Notes: generated by a model from the letters alone, not told the origin. 64,000 nucleotides of DNA from Promethearchaeota archaeon (GCA_016840085.1 JAEOTA010000022.1:32001-96000); one strand, 5' to 3'. Counted from the stretch's first letter, positions 38,133 through 51,900 are shown. A program made the numbers and translations.

Positions 38133-38456
38133 TTAATTTGGAAGAAATTCTTCTCTTAAGATTAGAAGAGCACTTTCCTTATCTTCACATATTAGATTTG
38201 AAAAATTAATACCAATGTTATTAAACCTATCAAGGCGTTGGCTATTAAGATAAGAAAGAACTAGAATCATTGCATTGCTAACTAACTTCCGATTTTTAGT
38301 TCTTTTTAATATACCCATTAATTTGATTAATGTATCACTTGCTCTCATAATGATATAATGCTCAAAATAGTCAATTATTCTCTTATAACAATCTGATCCT
38401 GAAACCATGCCTAATATTCTATTTTCACCCATTCTTATATATTTCAACAATTTCAA
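38133..38456 (-). CDS. Hypothetical protein
   Basis: ORF co-oriented with the RHH-like gene; start may be an internal ATG. Confidence 0.45.
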   Translation of the reverse strand: MKLLKYIRMGENRILGMVSGSDCYKRIIDYFEHYIIMRASDTLIKLMGILKRTKNRKLVSNAMILVLSYLNSQRLDRFNNIGINFSNLICEDKESALLILREEFLPN

Positions 38457-38573
38457 ATTTTGTCTTAATTAATATCTAAATATGAACGCCTGTATATAAA
38501 TATGCCTAAATCGGAACGGTTGGTAATATTTATAAATAATTGATTTCATTATTAAATTAATTAGTTAGAGACT

Positions 38574-38771
38574 ATGGTTGATCTTAAAATGGCGAAAAAA
38601 TACTTAAAAAAGCATATTCCAGAAAATAGTATTACTATCATCCTAAATTTTGAATCTAAAGATATGCTTCAAGCTTTTTTAAATGATGAAGAATACCAAA
38701 AAATCTATGGAAAATTAGATACTTATGCAATTCAAAATGGAGCTAAAGTTGAGCACTTTATAAATAGTTAA
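38574..38771 (+). CDS. Small hypothetical protein
   Basis: 65-aa ATG ORF, divergent from the previous pair. Confidence 0.45.
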   Translation: MVDLKMAKKYLKKHIPENSITIILNFESKDMLQAFLNDEEYQKIYGKLDTYAIQNGAKVEHFINS

Positions 38772-38948
38772 AGGTTAAAGAAAAAAAAATCTTACTAGAA
38801 AAAGCTCGTAACATCTAGATTATTCGACCTCATTAGCCAAAGCTCAATGGTATTTTAATCCTTATTTTAGTATTTAGGAATTTACACAAATTCTATAATC
38901 AACAGGTTAAAAATTCAATCCTTGTTCGTGTGGATAATATGATATTGA

Positions 38949-39782
38949 GTTAGAGTTAGCGGAGGTAACTCTATAGACTCCCAGAAAGCCATTTCATATA
39001 GAGTAGCTCAGAATACTATTGCATTTTATGCTCAGCTCCGTAGTTTAGATATAAGTGGTAAGGGAGATTCCTCGAAAGATCGAGGGAATTTTAATAGTAA
39101 TCAAGCAAAGGTCTATAATGTCATTCTCGGTCTAGGACGCCATTTGGGGTTTGATCCTGCCTTCTTCAGACCTGTTGACGATCAAATGTTCGACATGAAT
39201 GCAGGCGTGAAGGAATTGTTCAAATCCTTAGGGAAGAAGTTATGGATCTTTATCCGGCACCACTTTCGAAATAATCCTAATCGTGCATCGATAGCTATAA
39301 CTGATCAAGTGGTAATTGATTCCAGAAGTCATACTTTCTGGGAGAAAAGTATGTCTGAGGATGATGCACTCGTTGCGACTCAAGTGCTTGAGAGTCTTAT
39401 TAGATATGGTCGTCCCGTCAAGGAAGCTGATATTCGGAATGAATTTGCGAAAGCTGGGAATCAATATTCGTGGATTATGTTTAATTGGTTAAATCAGCCG
39501 AAATTCTCTGAAGCTCTTCAGCTGTTTAATGAAAGAAAGGATGATATAAAATCAATACCGATTGATGAGTTTATTGAACAAAATTTCCCAAAGACTTATA
39601 AGAAGTTTGTTGAGACCATGTTAAAGACCAGCCATGTTAGCATACTGGAAATAATTCAAGCGATGCACCCGACTATTGATGTCACTGAACTTGTAAATCT
39701 TGGAACTAATGACGATCATATCGGTCCTTACTCGACGGTGTTTGCCGAGATCTTGAAAATGTATAGATATCCAGTTTTCTGA
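38949..39782 (+). pseudogene. 5'-truncated (orphan) HNH-like domain cassette homologous to 9675-11309
   Basis: The frame is open from 38949 (after TGA 38946-48) with no start codon until TTG 39144, which lies inside the conserved block YNV.....RHLGFD...FIRHH...SI....VV....H. Confidence 0.6.
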
Positions 39783-39833
39783 CCAAATCACTACTCCCAA
39801 GACCCCCAAATATTTAAATAACAAGAGAGATAT

Positions 39834-40280
39834 ATGATTTATATGAGAGACAAACGAGCAATTATTATTAAAAGTCCAAAGCTACAAAAAATTCGAAATA
39901 ATTTGCGCAACTTAATAATACAAGCTTATCATACTCAATGGAAAGAGATTCATGACAAGTGGAGAAGTTTTTTAGTTGACTCAGAGGGAAGAAGACTCTC
40001 TATAAGAGATTTCTCACCAGATGTGTTAGAGGAGTTCAGAGATCTTCAAGAGAAAGAGAGTCAGCTAAGTGACTCACTCGACAGGTCGATACTCATGTGT
40101 GTAGCGTGCGGGAAAGCAGATCGGGACGTGGTCTATAATAAGGCTTATGATGCGTGGTATTGCACTGAATGTTATGGATTGGAGCGGTTAACCGCTCTAG
40201 AGCGTGCTAAGGCATGGAAAAAAGGAGCAAAATCATGCGAAGAGCAAGCCATTGAAGACCATTCCAAGACTTTTCTTTAA
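39834..40280 (+). CDS. Zn-ribbon protein, paralogue of 11408-11857 (start likely ATG 39843)
   Basis: MRDKRAIIIKSPKLQKIRNNLR...CVAC...WYCTEC. Confidence 0.72.
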   Translation: MIYMRDKRAIIIKSPKLQKIRNNLRNLIIQAYHTQWKEIHDKWRSFLVDSEGRRLSIRDFSPDVLEEFRDLQEKESQLSDSLDRSILMCVACGKADRDVVYNKAYDAWYCTECYGLERLTALERAKAWKKGAKSCEEQAIEDHSKTFL

Positions 40281-40482
40281 TATCCGAAATGCAATGAATT
40301 AATTACTAATGTAAAGTAAATCCAGATATAATGAAATAGTTCATTCAAAACATGCTTTTTTTTCGATTTTAGGAACTTTTTTTTAGAATTATTAAATTTA
40401 CATATTAAATTTTGAGAACAGTTCTTTTTTTTTTTTGAGTCTTATAGCATAAATTAAAGTAAAATGATAATCATATTTTATT

Positions 40483-41229
40483 ATGGAAAGATCTCCTGAT
40501 CGTATTTGGCATTTAGAAAAGAAATTAGAAAAGAAAGGATTAACCTATAGTTATCATACTAAACTTTATCAAACTGAGATAGGAACCATTTTTTTCATGA
40601 CAAGAGATTATGCCTATTTAAGTGGAATGATCGACGGATAAAAATTTTATCCTTTGAACACATTTTTAAAAAGATGTAAATTTATAGAGGCTGATGGCCC
40701 TATAAGTTATTATCACCCTAGAAAAGGTCCTGTGAAACAATATGGGATTCAGTATGGAAAAAATGACTTTTGGAAATTGCGAAATCTTAGAAAAGTATTA
40801 TATCTAATTAAAAATGCAGAATTAGGAAAGCATCCTAAATCAGGGTTGGGACTTGCTGTACAAAATGATAAGTATGTTGCAATAATTGGGGCTACTGATT
40901 CTGGCATTGATGATTTTGAGGATGAATTATCAAGAATTGAATTTGAAAAGACTATTTTCCCGTTTGAAGGATTGGAGATATCAAAACAGCAAATACGATA
41001 TTTCTTAAAACGTTTAGCTGGAGAGGAAGGGTGTCAATACACAGGAATTGAGTGGAGATGTGGTGGAAAGGAGTTTACTTATACAAAGACGATTTTAAAC
41101 TTGATGGAAATACCCCAAAAAGAGCAAAATAAATTCATTAAAATTTGTCAAGAATATGGTGGCTATTGTGATTGTGAGATCCTTATGAACGCTGCTCAAT
41201 TTTTATTAGATGAGGATACTCCTTGGTAA
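40483..41229 (+). pseudogene. Gene interrupted by an in-frame TAA (40639-40641); C-terminal DUF2695-like domain
   Basis: ATG 40483 MERSPDRIWH...GMIDG*KFYPLNTF continues in frame with the track ORF; GGYCDCEILMN motif. Confidence 0.6.
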
Positions 41230-41319
41230 GATAATTCTTCTTAATGTTTTTATAAGACGGAAGATTCTTACACATCCGAACTTATTGCACCGATACAAAA
41301 GGTTTTTTTTATTTGAGTT

Positions 41320-41853
41320 TTAATAATTCTCAAAAAATTCCTTATTCAAATATTTATTAATATTTTCTTCAATTTTTTTCTTTACAGCGTCTAATCCTTC
41401 AGGTAATACTCGTGTTTTTCCTACAATATCAATAAATCCGAGTTCAGAGCCATATCTCGGAATTACATGAAAATGTAAATGCTCAATACTTCCTCCAGCA
41501 TCTCTTCCCTGGTTTATACCTATATTATACCCCTTTGGATTATATAACTCGTCTAATAATAATTGTATTCCTTGAATCGTTCTTGTAATATGAATGAGTT
41601 CTTCTTTAGTAAGCTCAAGAAATTTTGTTATGTGTCTCCTAGTAACAATCATTAAATGTGCAGGATTATAAGGATATAAATTTAAAACAATAAAACACAT
41701 ATCATCACCGTAAATTTTTAGAGATTCAACACGCTCATCATTATCTCTTACAGCACATAGAATACAGTCTACATTAGGTCTTGCCTTTCCCTGTACATAA
41801 TCTAATTTTCCTAATGCTTGCAACCAATCTCTAAAAACCATACTTTTTACCAC
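41320..41853 (-). CDS. HIT-family hydrolase (Ap4A phosphorylase-like)
   Basis: NLYPYNPAHLM, GYNIGINQG..AGGSIEHLHFHVIPR. Confidence 0.92.
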   Translation of the reverse strand: MVKSMVFRDWLQALGKLDYVQGKARPNVDCILCAVRDNDERVESLKIYGDDMCFIVLNLYPYNPAHLMIVTRRHITKFLELTKEELIHITRTIQGIQLLLDELYNPKGYNIGINQGRDAGGSIEHLHFHVIPRYGSELGFIDIVGKTRVLPEGLDAVKKKIEENINKYLNKEFFENY

Positions 41854-41871
41854 TTTTTTATTTTTTTTTAG

Positions 41872-42420
41872 TTATGAATACAAAGAAAAATCTGAATCAG
41901 GTGTAAAGTCTTTAGATTTCATAAAATCTTCTGGTTTTATTTTCCCAATACAATATTCTCCTAACATTATATTACTGTAAGCAGCTCCATCAAATACATG
42001 TCTTATCGATTTAAGAAAGGAATTCTTGGAAATAGTTCCATCTCCTTTCAGAAAAATTTGATCACTTATTTGATATCTATAATTCTGAAGGTCCAATCGA
42101 TAAAATAAATCTTTCATGAGAAAATATTTACGTAGATCCATGAAAAATTTTGTTTTTCTATTTTCTTTCAATGAATTTAACGCATCGATGTGAGGTTGTG
42201 ATATTTGAATTACTAGTGATATTATGATGAAATCTTTGTTTTTTGGTCGAATAACAAGCATGTTTCTACCAAGTTGGCGTCCAGCAGGATCTTTTATAGG
42301 AGGAAACAGAAATTGAAACCCAAAATCTAGTTTTGAATTATTAATTTGTTCTCTTAATAATCCCTCATCTAATAAATATTCTCGAATTAAATGCTTGATT
42401 TTACTTTCTTTAGCAGACAT
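41872..42420 (-). CDS. Conserved hypothetical protein (DUF2299-like)
   Basis: Resemblance by eye (IREYLLDEG...HIDAL...FFMDL...IFLKGDG.ISKN.F). Confidence 0.5.
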   Translation of the reverse strand: MSAKESKIKHLIREYLLDEGLLREQINNSKLDFGFQFLFPPIKDPAGRQLGRNMLVIRPKNKDFIIISLVIQISQPHIDALNSLKENRKTKFFMDLRKYFLMKDLFYRLDLQNYRYQISDQIFLKGDGTISKNSFLKSIRHVFDGAAYSNIMLGEYCIGKIKPEDFMKSKDFTPDSDFSLYS

Positions 42421-42506
42421 AGTTATTCCATAAGGTTAAAAATGATATAATTAATTTATTTTTTTATGTGTAAGCTCAACAATTTAGAAATAGGTTAATC
42501 AGAAAA

Positions 42507-42860
42507 TTAATATTTACCTTTAGGTCTTGGCTCTGGTTCAATACCAGCGGATTTTAATTTTTCAATATTTTCTACTAAAACTTCAACTGGTGTACAATAT
42601 ATTACTTTTAGAGTTTCATGATCTATATAGAGTTGCCCAACAATACCTAAGCCCATCAATCGATTATCATTGTTAATAAATGTGTGATCTAGATTCATTT
42701 TAATCGCCATTCTACCTCCATCAAGTTCTACTAAAGAAGGTTGACATGCGGTATACCCAGGACCTCGGTTTTGGAGAAGAAAATTCATTAATGCGTAGTC
42801 TAACTCATCATTAATCTCTCCCCTTTCTTGAAGGATCTTAACTATAATTGGATCTGACAT
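42507..42860 (-). CDS. Hypothetical protein
   Basis: 117-aa ORF in a co-oriented cluster. Confidence 0.65.
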   Translation of the reverse strand: MSDPIIVKILQERGEINDELDYALMNFLLQNRGPGYTACQPSLVELDGGRMAIKMNLDHTFINNDNRLMGLGIVGQLYIDHETLKVIYCTPVEVLVENIEKLKSAGIEPEPRPKGKY

Positions 42861-42972
42861 GTTAACAGAAATAAAATTATCTTATTTAAATTAAAATGAG
42901 TAGAATTTATTTTTATTTTTTTTGCTAACAATTTATTAGAAAAAAAATAAGAAAGATTTTGGATCTGATTAA

Positions 42973-43227
42973 TTAATCCCTTTCTTCCATTAAAACCTCG
43001 TCAACACTGTGTAATGCACAGTTCATACTTGACAAAGATTCTGTAATATCTTCGAGTGAAAGGTTATTCCCTTCAATATTGATATGTAAAGAGGTTGTTT
43101 TTTGATCTAATTCATCTACTTTAATATTAACTTTTGATACTCCGGTGATTTCCATTAAATTGCGAGCTACTAAATCTATTCCAGGCATATGAGGTTTTAA
43201 AATATCGAGATAATACTCCACTTTCAT
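42973..43227 (-). CDS. DUF211-family protein
   Basis: LDILKPH...V.ELD...I.IEG...ALHSVDEV. Confidence 0.8.
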   Translation of the reverse strand: MKVEYYLDILKPHMPGIDLVARNLMEITGVSKVNIKVDELDQKTTSLHINIEGNNLSLEDITESLSSMNCALHSVDEVLMEERD

Positions 43228-43315
43228 TTTATTTATCTAAACCCTTATATTTATTATTTTAAACTTTATTATATCATTAATAGTTCTAAATAGATTTATA
43301 ATTTTTATGGTATTT

Positions 43316-43999
43316 TTACATTAATTTTTCAATTACATTAATTAATTTTGAGGGGATTTCCTCTAATTCGATTATTTCTTCTGCTTTATTAAAAGATTCT
43401 TGATCAAACAAACCAGCAACATTAGTATTTAAAGCTATTGAGTGAGCCCCAACATTGATAGCTGCTTCAATATCACGGCTAGTGTCTCCAATTACTAAAA
43501 TTTCGTTAGTTTTTACATTTAGTTGATTACAAATGTAATTTAAATGATCAGGATGAGGTTTTAGATTAGAGACATTATCTCTTCCCACAATTAGATCAAA
43601 ATATTGTGATATATTTACCTTTTTAAGTGAGATCTCTGCATTTTTTTTTGTATTAAATGTAAAAATTGCTTGTTTTAGATTTTTAATCCTCGCAAACTCT
43701 AAAACTTCATCGATACCATTTATAAGGGTAGCATTTAATGCAGCTTCATGTTCTATTTTAATGATCTCATTATCTACTTCTGCTATTATTTTTTTTATTT
43801 TTTCTTCAGAAAAACTATTCCTTTCAAAATATTCCCTTGAAAGTCTCACATTTTCCAAAATTGAACTTTTTACAGTAAGAAAATGTTTCGGAACACCAGA
43901 ATTTTTCAATATTTTGATAGCTATTTTGCGTGCTCTTAAGTAGTCAATTTTAAAATGAATGAGGGTGCCATCTAAGTCCCAAATAATTGCACTTATCAT
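43316..43999 (-). CDS. HAD-superfamily hydrolase
   Basis: DLDGTL, KPHP, IGDTSRDI. Confidence 0.92.
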   Translation of the reverse strand: MISAIIWDLDGTLIHFKIDYLRARKIAIKILKNSGVPKHFLTVKSSILENVRLSREYFERNSFSEEKIKKIIAEVDNEIIKIEHEAALNATLINGIDEVLEFARIKNLKQAIFTFNTKKNAEISLKKVNISQYFDLIVGRDNVSNLKPHPDHLNYICNQLNVKTNEILVIGDTSRDIEAAINVGAHSIALNTNVAGLFDQESFNKAEEIIELEEIPSKLINVIEKLM

Positions 44000-44008
44000 A
44001 GGTTTCAG

Positions 44009-44581
44009 TTAAAAAATTAAATCTGTATATATAGGTCCTTTTGGGGTTAATTCTGATTTTTTAAGTCTGATTTGGTCAATATTGAATTCTCCAAATTCTT
44101 TTTTTTTATTCTCTTCTATTATTTTCTTAAAAGAATCAAAAGTTTTGTAATTGATCCTACCTTTCCTCAGCCTTCCAATAGTTAAGTGTGGTTTAAATTG
44201 GGTTCTTTTATCCCGATCAATTTTTAATCTTTCAAATAATAAATCTTCGACAGTATCTTTAATGTTTTGTAAGAATTGAATGTCACCAATAAGTTTTACC
44301 CATAAAACTGAAAATCTATTGAATTGACCAACACCTTTTAAATAATATGTGAATGTTTTCTCATGAAAGTAAGATTCGTTGACTTCTTTTTGTAATATAT
44401 TATAGATTTTAGGTGCTAAGTTCTCAGAAATATTCCCTAAGAACTTTACTGTCATATGTAAATTTATAGGTTCGACTATTTTGAGTTTTGGTTGATTTTT
44501 TTTTAGACGAGAAGTAAAAGTAGTAATATTTTCAATAGTTTGTTTATCTTTTAATTCAAGTGCTATGAATGATCTTATCAT
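44009..44581 (-). CDS. thpR: RNA 2',3'-cyclic phosphodiesterase (2H family)
   Basis: RSFIA, LHMTVKFLG, FKPHLTIGR, S.LTPKGPIY. Confidence 0.9.
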   Translation of the reverse strand: MIRSFIALELKDKQTIENITTFTSRLKKNQPKLKIVEPINLHMTVKFLGNISENLAPKIYNILQKEVNESYFHEKTFTYYLKGVGQFNRFSVLWVKLIGDIQFLQNIKDTVEDLLFERLKIDRDKRTQFKPHLTIGRLRKGRINYKTFDSFKKIIEENKKKEFGEFNIDQIRLKKSELTPKGPIYTDLIF

Positions 44582-45732
44582 TTTTTATCCCAATATTCAA
44601 AAATCCTCCATTTTTTATTATTTAATTGTTTTTGATGATCTGGAATAATGTGAATTTCATTAAGATCATCCAGAGAAGATGACTGTATAATTTTTATTAT
44701 ATCTTGTAGGAACATTATATTCATTTCACCCCGTGTATCTGCATCAGCGGAAGCATTATGAGGAATTAAAAGCATCCTGATTTCTGGATTAATTTCTTTA
44801 ATTTTTTTTAATCGGTCAAGTGATCTGGGATCAATTGGTTCTACTGGAAAAACATCAAAAGCGATATTTATTTGAAGTTCCTTAGTTTCAAGCATATCAA
44901 GTAAAGCATCTAAATCCAACAGTTGACCTCGAGCTGTATTTATTAATAAAGCATTTTTCTTCATTAATTTTAATAAATCTCGATTTACTAATTTTTCTGT
45001 GGACGTATTTAATGGAATATGTAAAGTGATGATATCTGATTCTTTAAATACCTCCTTAATGTTTTCTTTAAACTCGATTAAAGGAAATTCTTTTTCAAAT
45101 TCTTTCATTTGTATAATATCATAATAAAGAATTTTAATATCCCAAGGATATAGTTTCTTAACCAATTCTTTCCCTATTTCTCCCAATCCTATGATGCCAA
45201 GAACTTTATTTGTAATTACTGAAGATAATGATTGATCTAAATCCCATTTATTATCAGTAGTCCATTTCTCTTCCCAAACATAAGTATGAAGATCAATTAG
45301 ATTTCTTAAATTTGCCATAATTATTGCTATAGTATAATCTGCGACAGTTTCCTGAAGAACTCCTGGGGTATGAGTGATTAAAATATCATCTTTTTTAGTT
45401 CTTTGAATATGATTATATCCTGCTGTTGATGTAGAAATAGTAAAGATAGTTGATTTTTCTAAAATTTCTGAAGAGATTAGATGACTAAGATGGCACCCGA
45501 GAATGTCTGGGTTGAAACTTTTAATATCATCTTTTATTTCTTCTTCTGAAGGGAATCTCCCATTAAAAATCTTTAATTCTGAGATTTTATTTAATTCATT
45601 CCAAAGATTTCTTATAGTTTGACGAGAATTTTCAGAAATTTTTTCATTAGAGCCAATTTCCTCGGCGGAGAACACATTAGAGGTTAAATATACTTTAGGG
45701 GTAAAAGTCATTTCCGTATTAAGTAGTATCAA
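44578..45732 (-). CDS. D-2-hydroxyacid dehydrogenase (glyoxylate-reductase-like); start probably ATG 45711
   Basis: GIIGLGEIG, INTARG, DVFPVEP, PHNAS. Confidence 0.88.
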   Translation of the reverse strand: MILLNTEMTFTPKVYLTSNVFSAEEIGSNEKISENSRQTIRNLWNELNKISELKIFNGRFPSEEEIKDDIKSFNPDILGCHLSHLISSEILEKSTIFTISTSTAGYNHIQRTKKDDILITHTPGVLQETVADYTIAIIMANLRNLIDLHTYVWEEKWTTDNKWDLDQSLSSVITNKVLGIIGLGEIGKELVKKLYPWDIKILYYDIIQMKEFEKEFPLIEFKENIKEVFKESDIITLHIPLNTSTEKLVNRDLLKLMKKNALLINTARGQLLDLDALLDMLETKELQINIAFDVFPVEPIDPRSLDRLKKIKEINPEIRMLLIPHNASADADTRGEMNIMFLQDIIKIIQSSSLDDLNEIHIIPDHQKQLNNKKWRIFEYWDKK

Positions 45733-45840
45733 TCATTTGAATTTTATAATTATAAGAATCTATTTGTATTTTTTGCTAATTATCAAGATTTATTAAAATA
45801 AAATATAATTTATTATTAAAAAGCAAAGTAGTGGTAGAAA

Positions 45841-45996
45841 ATGACAAAAGTGAAATGTCAACAATGTGGAAAAGAAATTATTGGAGGAGTAAAAGTTCAG
45901 CATTTCGATTTTGATGAACCTACCACTATTCATGTCTTTTGTTCAGAAGAGTGCAAAAGTAAATGGATCTCAACAGAAGAAAAAAAGAAGAAGTAA
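45841..45996 (+). CDS. TRASH-like small metal-binding protein (51 aa; missed by the track)
   Basis: MTKVKCQQCGKEI...HVFCSEECKSKW. Confidence 0.7.
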   Translation: MTKVKCQQCGKEIIGGVKVQHFDFDEPTTIHVFCSEECKSKWISTEEKKKK

Positions 45997-46009
45997 TTAT
46001 TCTGATAGA

Positions 46010-46972
46010 TTATCTTTCAATTTTACCTGGAAGATAATAGTCATATTTTTTTCTCAGTAATTTGGTCTTTATAAACCTATCAAATAATCTCATTCTTTGG
46101 TAAAGTTCCCAAATGAATTTATCAGATTTATAATATTTCTCAATTTCTTTTATATTTAAATGTTCTATATTAAAATCACTAGCTTCTTCCTCCAAAAATT
46201 TATTAACAGTTTTTACCAAGGATGGAATGAGCTCTCTTTTTTGCTCTTTGAAGAAATTAGCAACAAGATCTATAATTACTAACCTCCAATCATAATATCT
46301 ATCAATTAGATCTTGAAGAAAAATTGCTTTTAATAATCCTCTTATAAACGATGGCATACTTTTAGTTAATAATTCTATTTCCATTGCTTCAACTCCATTT
46401 TTTCGGTAAAATGGTGGAACTGTATCTATATAAATTAGTTTTGAATTCTCATCCACTTTAGGATTTTCTGGATCGTAATCAATCACAGCAAAGTTTGAAA
46501 TTTGACCATCCAATCCTACATCGAGATTTTTATTTTCTCTATTAAAGCTCCAGACTTTTTTCATTTCATATAGTGCTTTAAGAACTAAGATCATTATATC
46601 CTTCTTTCCGACTTGATGAATTATTTTACTCCCAACAGACTCAGGTAAAAGTTTTTCTTGTACAGCATAAAAAATAATTTTTCCTTCGTCATCCTCAAAC
46701 CATACAATATCAAGAGGAGGAGTTTTAATATTTAACTCTTCATTTAGAATTCTATTATATTCTCGAAAAATTTTTTCATGCTTTCGGGCTTGTTCATGAG
46801 TCTCAAAAATAGGTAATCTTTTATAAGCATAATTTTGAGGGTCATTAATTATTTCAAAAACTAACGTTATCTCTCCATAACCGAGAACTTTAATAGGAAC
46901 TTTACCTCTTTCTGGATGGACAGTATCAATTGTTCTTTCTAATTCCTTTAATAAATCAATATCAATTTTCAT
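46010..46972 (-). CDS. Conserved hypothetical protein (DUF6206-like)
   Basis: LGYGEI, AYKRLP, GLDGQISN, YIDT..P, YDYYLPGKIER. Confidence 0.6.
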   Translation of the reverse strand: MKIDIDLLKELERTIDTVHPERGKVPIKVLGYGEITLVFEIINDPQNYAYKRLPIFETHEQARKHEKIFREYNRILNEELNIKTPPLDIVWFEDDEGKIIFYAVQEKLLPESVGSKIIHQVGKKDIMILVLKALYEMKKVWSFNRENKNLDVGLDGQISNFAVIDYDPENPKVDENSKLIYIDTVPPFYRKNGVEAMEIELLTKSMPSFIRGLLKAIFLQDLIDRYYDWRLVIIDLVANFFKEQKRELIPSLVKTVNKFLEEEASDFNIEHLNIKEIEKYYKSDKFIWELYQRMRLFDRFIKTKLLRKKYDYYLPGKIER

Positions 46973-47118
46973 AATTAATCAATAAGATTGAAAAAGATTA
47001 AATATATTTAATTTAACATTAATTTTTTTTAATTTTATATAATTTGTTCTTTTCACATAGTAGTGAAAAAATATATTTTTTTTCTAGGTTTAGAGAGTTT
47101 CACAGAATACACGCAAGA

Positions 47119-48603
47119 TTAAATGTAAATTTCTTTTCTATCAAGGATAATTCTTACTAACTCTCCCCTATCTGATTTTTTTAACCTTTTTAAATAATTT
47201 TCCAACTGGCCACGTGTATGATAAGGACCACCTTCTCCTAAAACAGTTTCCATAGGATCTATTGTAGATGTTGATTTACCCATCATTTCTTTGTGCCAAG
47301 AATTGAGTAAGCTTAATCCTTTTTGTATAATTTCAGGTTTTTCGTCTGCGAGATTATTAAGCATATGAAAATCTTTTTCATAATCAAAAAGCATAATTTC
47401 AGGAAAATTTTTTAGTCCTGTATGATAGGTCTTGATAAGCGTCCAGTTTTTAAATCTTACAGTCCGCTGACAGCTCCATGCATTCTGACTAATAACAAGA
47501 AATTCTCTTCCATATTTCTCGTTATTATCAATCTTATTTAGGAAACTTTTTCCGTCCCAGATTTCAGGCACTTTTAATCCAACCTCCTCTACAATTGAGG
47601 CAGCTATATCTGTTTGGTATATTAATGAATTTTCTTCCTTATTCCATTTTTTATTTGGCCATTTTATTATCATAGGAACCCTATTAGTTATATGACAAGC
47701 AGTTGCATGATCCCCATAAATATTTAATTCTCCTTGATTTTCGCCATGATCTCCACTAACAATTATTAACATATCATCATAAATACCAAGATTTTTCAGT
47801 ATATTTATAATTTTACCGATATAATCATCAGAATATCTGATTCCAACATCATAACCATCAACCCATTGTTTAAAATCGTCTAAATTTCTTATTTCCTTAA
47901 GGTTTTCTAATCTAGAAAACGATTTAGATGGAATTTGTGATGTAAATCCATGTAGTTCACAGGCAGAATGGGGTCCATAGCTTTTTCTATGATTATTTAT
48001 TATTTCTTGAGTTATCCATAAAGGTGGTGACTCATTCTTAAAAGGATTTCCATAAGACATAGGTGTTCGGTAAGGAGTGTGTGGATCCCAAAAATTTATG
48101 TGTAAAAACCAATTTTTCCTAAGTGCATTTTGATTTAACCATTTTTCTACATAAGGAAAAATTTGATCTGCTCTTTCAAACCCACCCCATCCAGGATTAT
48201 ATATTTCTCTCCATCCAGAATAAAACCAGAAAGCAGAATGTCTTTCAGCATATGGGGAAATTGAGACGGGATAAATTCTTGCTCTTCTAAGTAGACTAAC
48301 CCAGCTTTGGTTTAGAAGTTGATCTTGAAATTCTCGTTTTTTTCCAGTTAATCTTAAATCTGCTGCTGTTCCACCATGCCCTACTATTCCTGTATGTATA
48401 CCAAAACGCCCTGTAAAAAGGGAAGCTCTAGAAGGTAAACAGGGTGCATCTGAAACATAACAATTGGTAAATATAGTACCATCTTTTGCTATGCTATCAA
48501 TATTTGGAGATGTATTTCGATGATAACCATAACATCCTAAATGATCTGGTCTTAATGTATCAATATCAATATAGAGAATTCTCATGTTCTTAACATAAAG
48601 CAA
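47119..48603 (-). CDS. Formylglycine-dependent sulfatase
   Basis: DIDTLRPDH, CLPSR (CxPxR), DPHTPY, GDHGE. Confidence 0.92.
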   Translation of the reverse strand: MLYVKNMRILYIDIDTLRPDHLGCYGYHRNTSPNIDSIAKDGTIFTNCYVSDAPCLPSRASLFTGRFGIHTGIVGHGGTAADLRLTGKKREFQDQLLNQSWVSLLRRARIYPVSISPYAERHSAFWFYSGWREIYNPGWGGFERADQIFPYVEKWLNQNALRKNWFLHINFWDPHTPYRTPMSYGNPFKNESPPLWITQEIINNHRKSYGPHSACELHGFTSQIPSKSFSRLENLKEIRNLDDFKQWVDGYDVGIRYSDDYIGKIINILKNLGIYDDMLIIVSGDHGENQGELNIYGDHATACHITNRVPMIIKWPNKKWNKEENSLIYQTDIAASIVEEVGLKVPEIWDGKSFLNKIDNNEKYGREFLVISQNAWSCQRTVRFKNWTLIKTYHTGLKNFPEIMLFDYEKDFHMLNNLADEKPEIIQKGLSLLNSWHKEMMGKSTSTIDPMETVLGEGGPYHTRGQLENYLKRLKKSDRGELVRIILDRKEIYI

Positions 48604-48653
48604 ATTGTTTTTTAAGTTTTTTAGATTTTAATCCACAATTTAAGAATATTTAA

Positions 48654-51821
<3,168 letters not shown>

Positions 51822-51900
51822 TCACTATTTAACAATGTTATTATATTAAATTATATTTACAATTATATTTGGATACTTTTTTAAGGAATTTGGTGTTTAA

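Noticed and set aside
38940-38948. TGA-TAT-TGA as further Sec codons extending the orphan cassette
   Set aside because: There is no Cys-motif context and no SECIS candidate, and TAA/TAG stops occur further upstream in the same frame.
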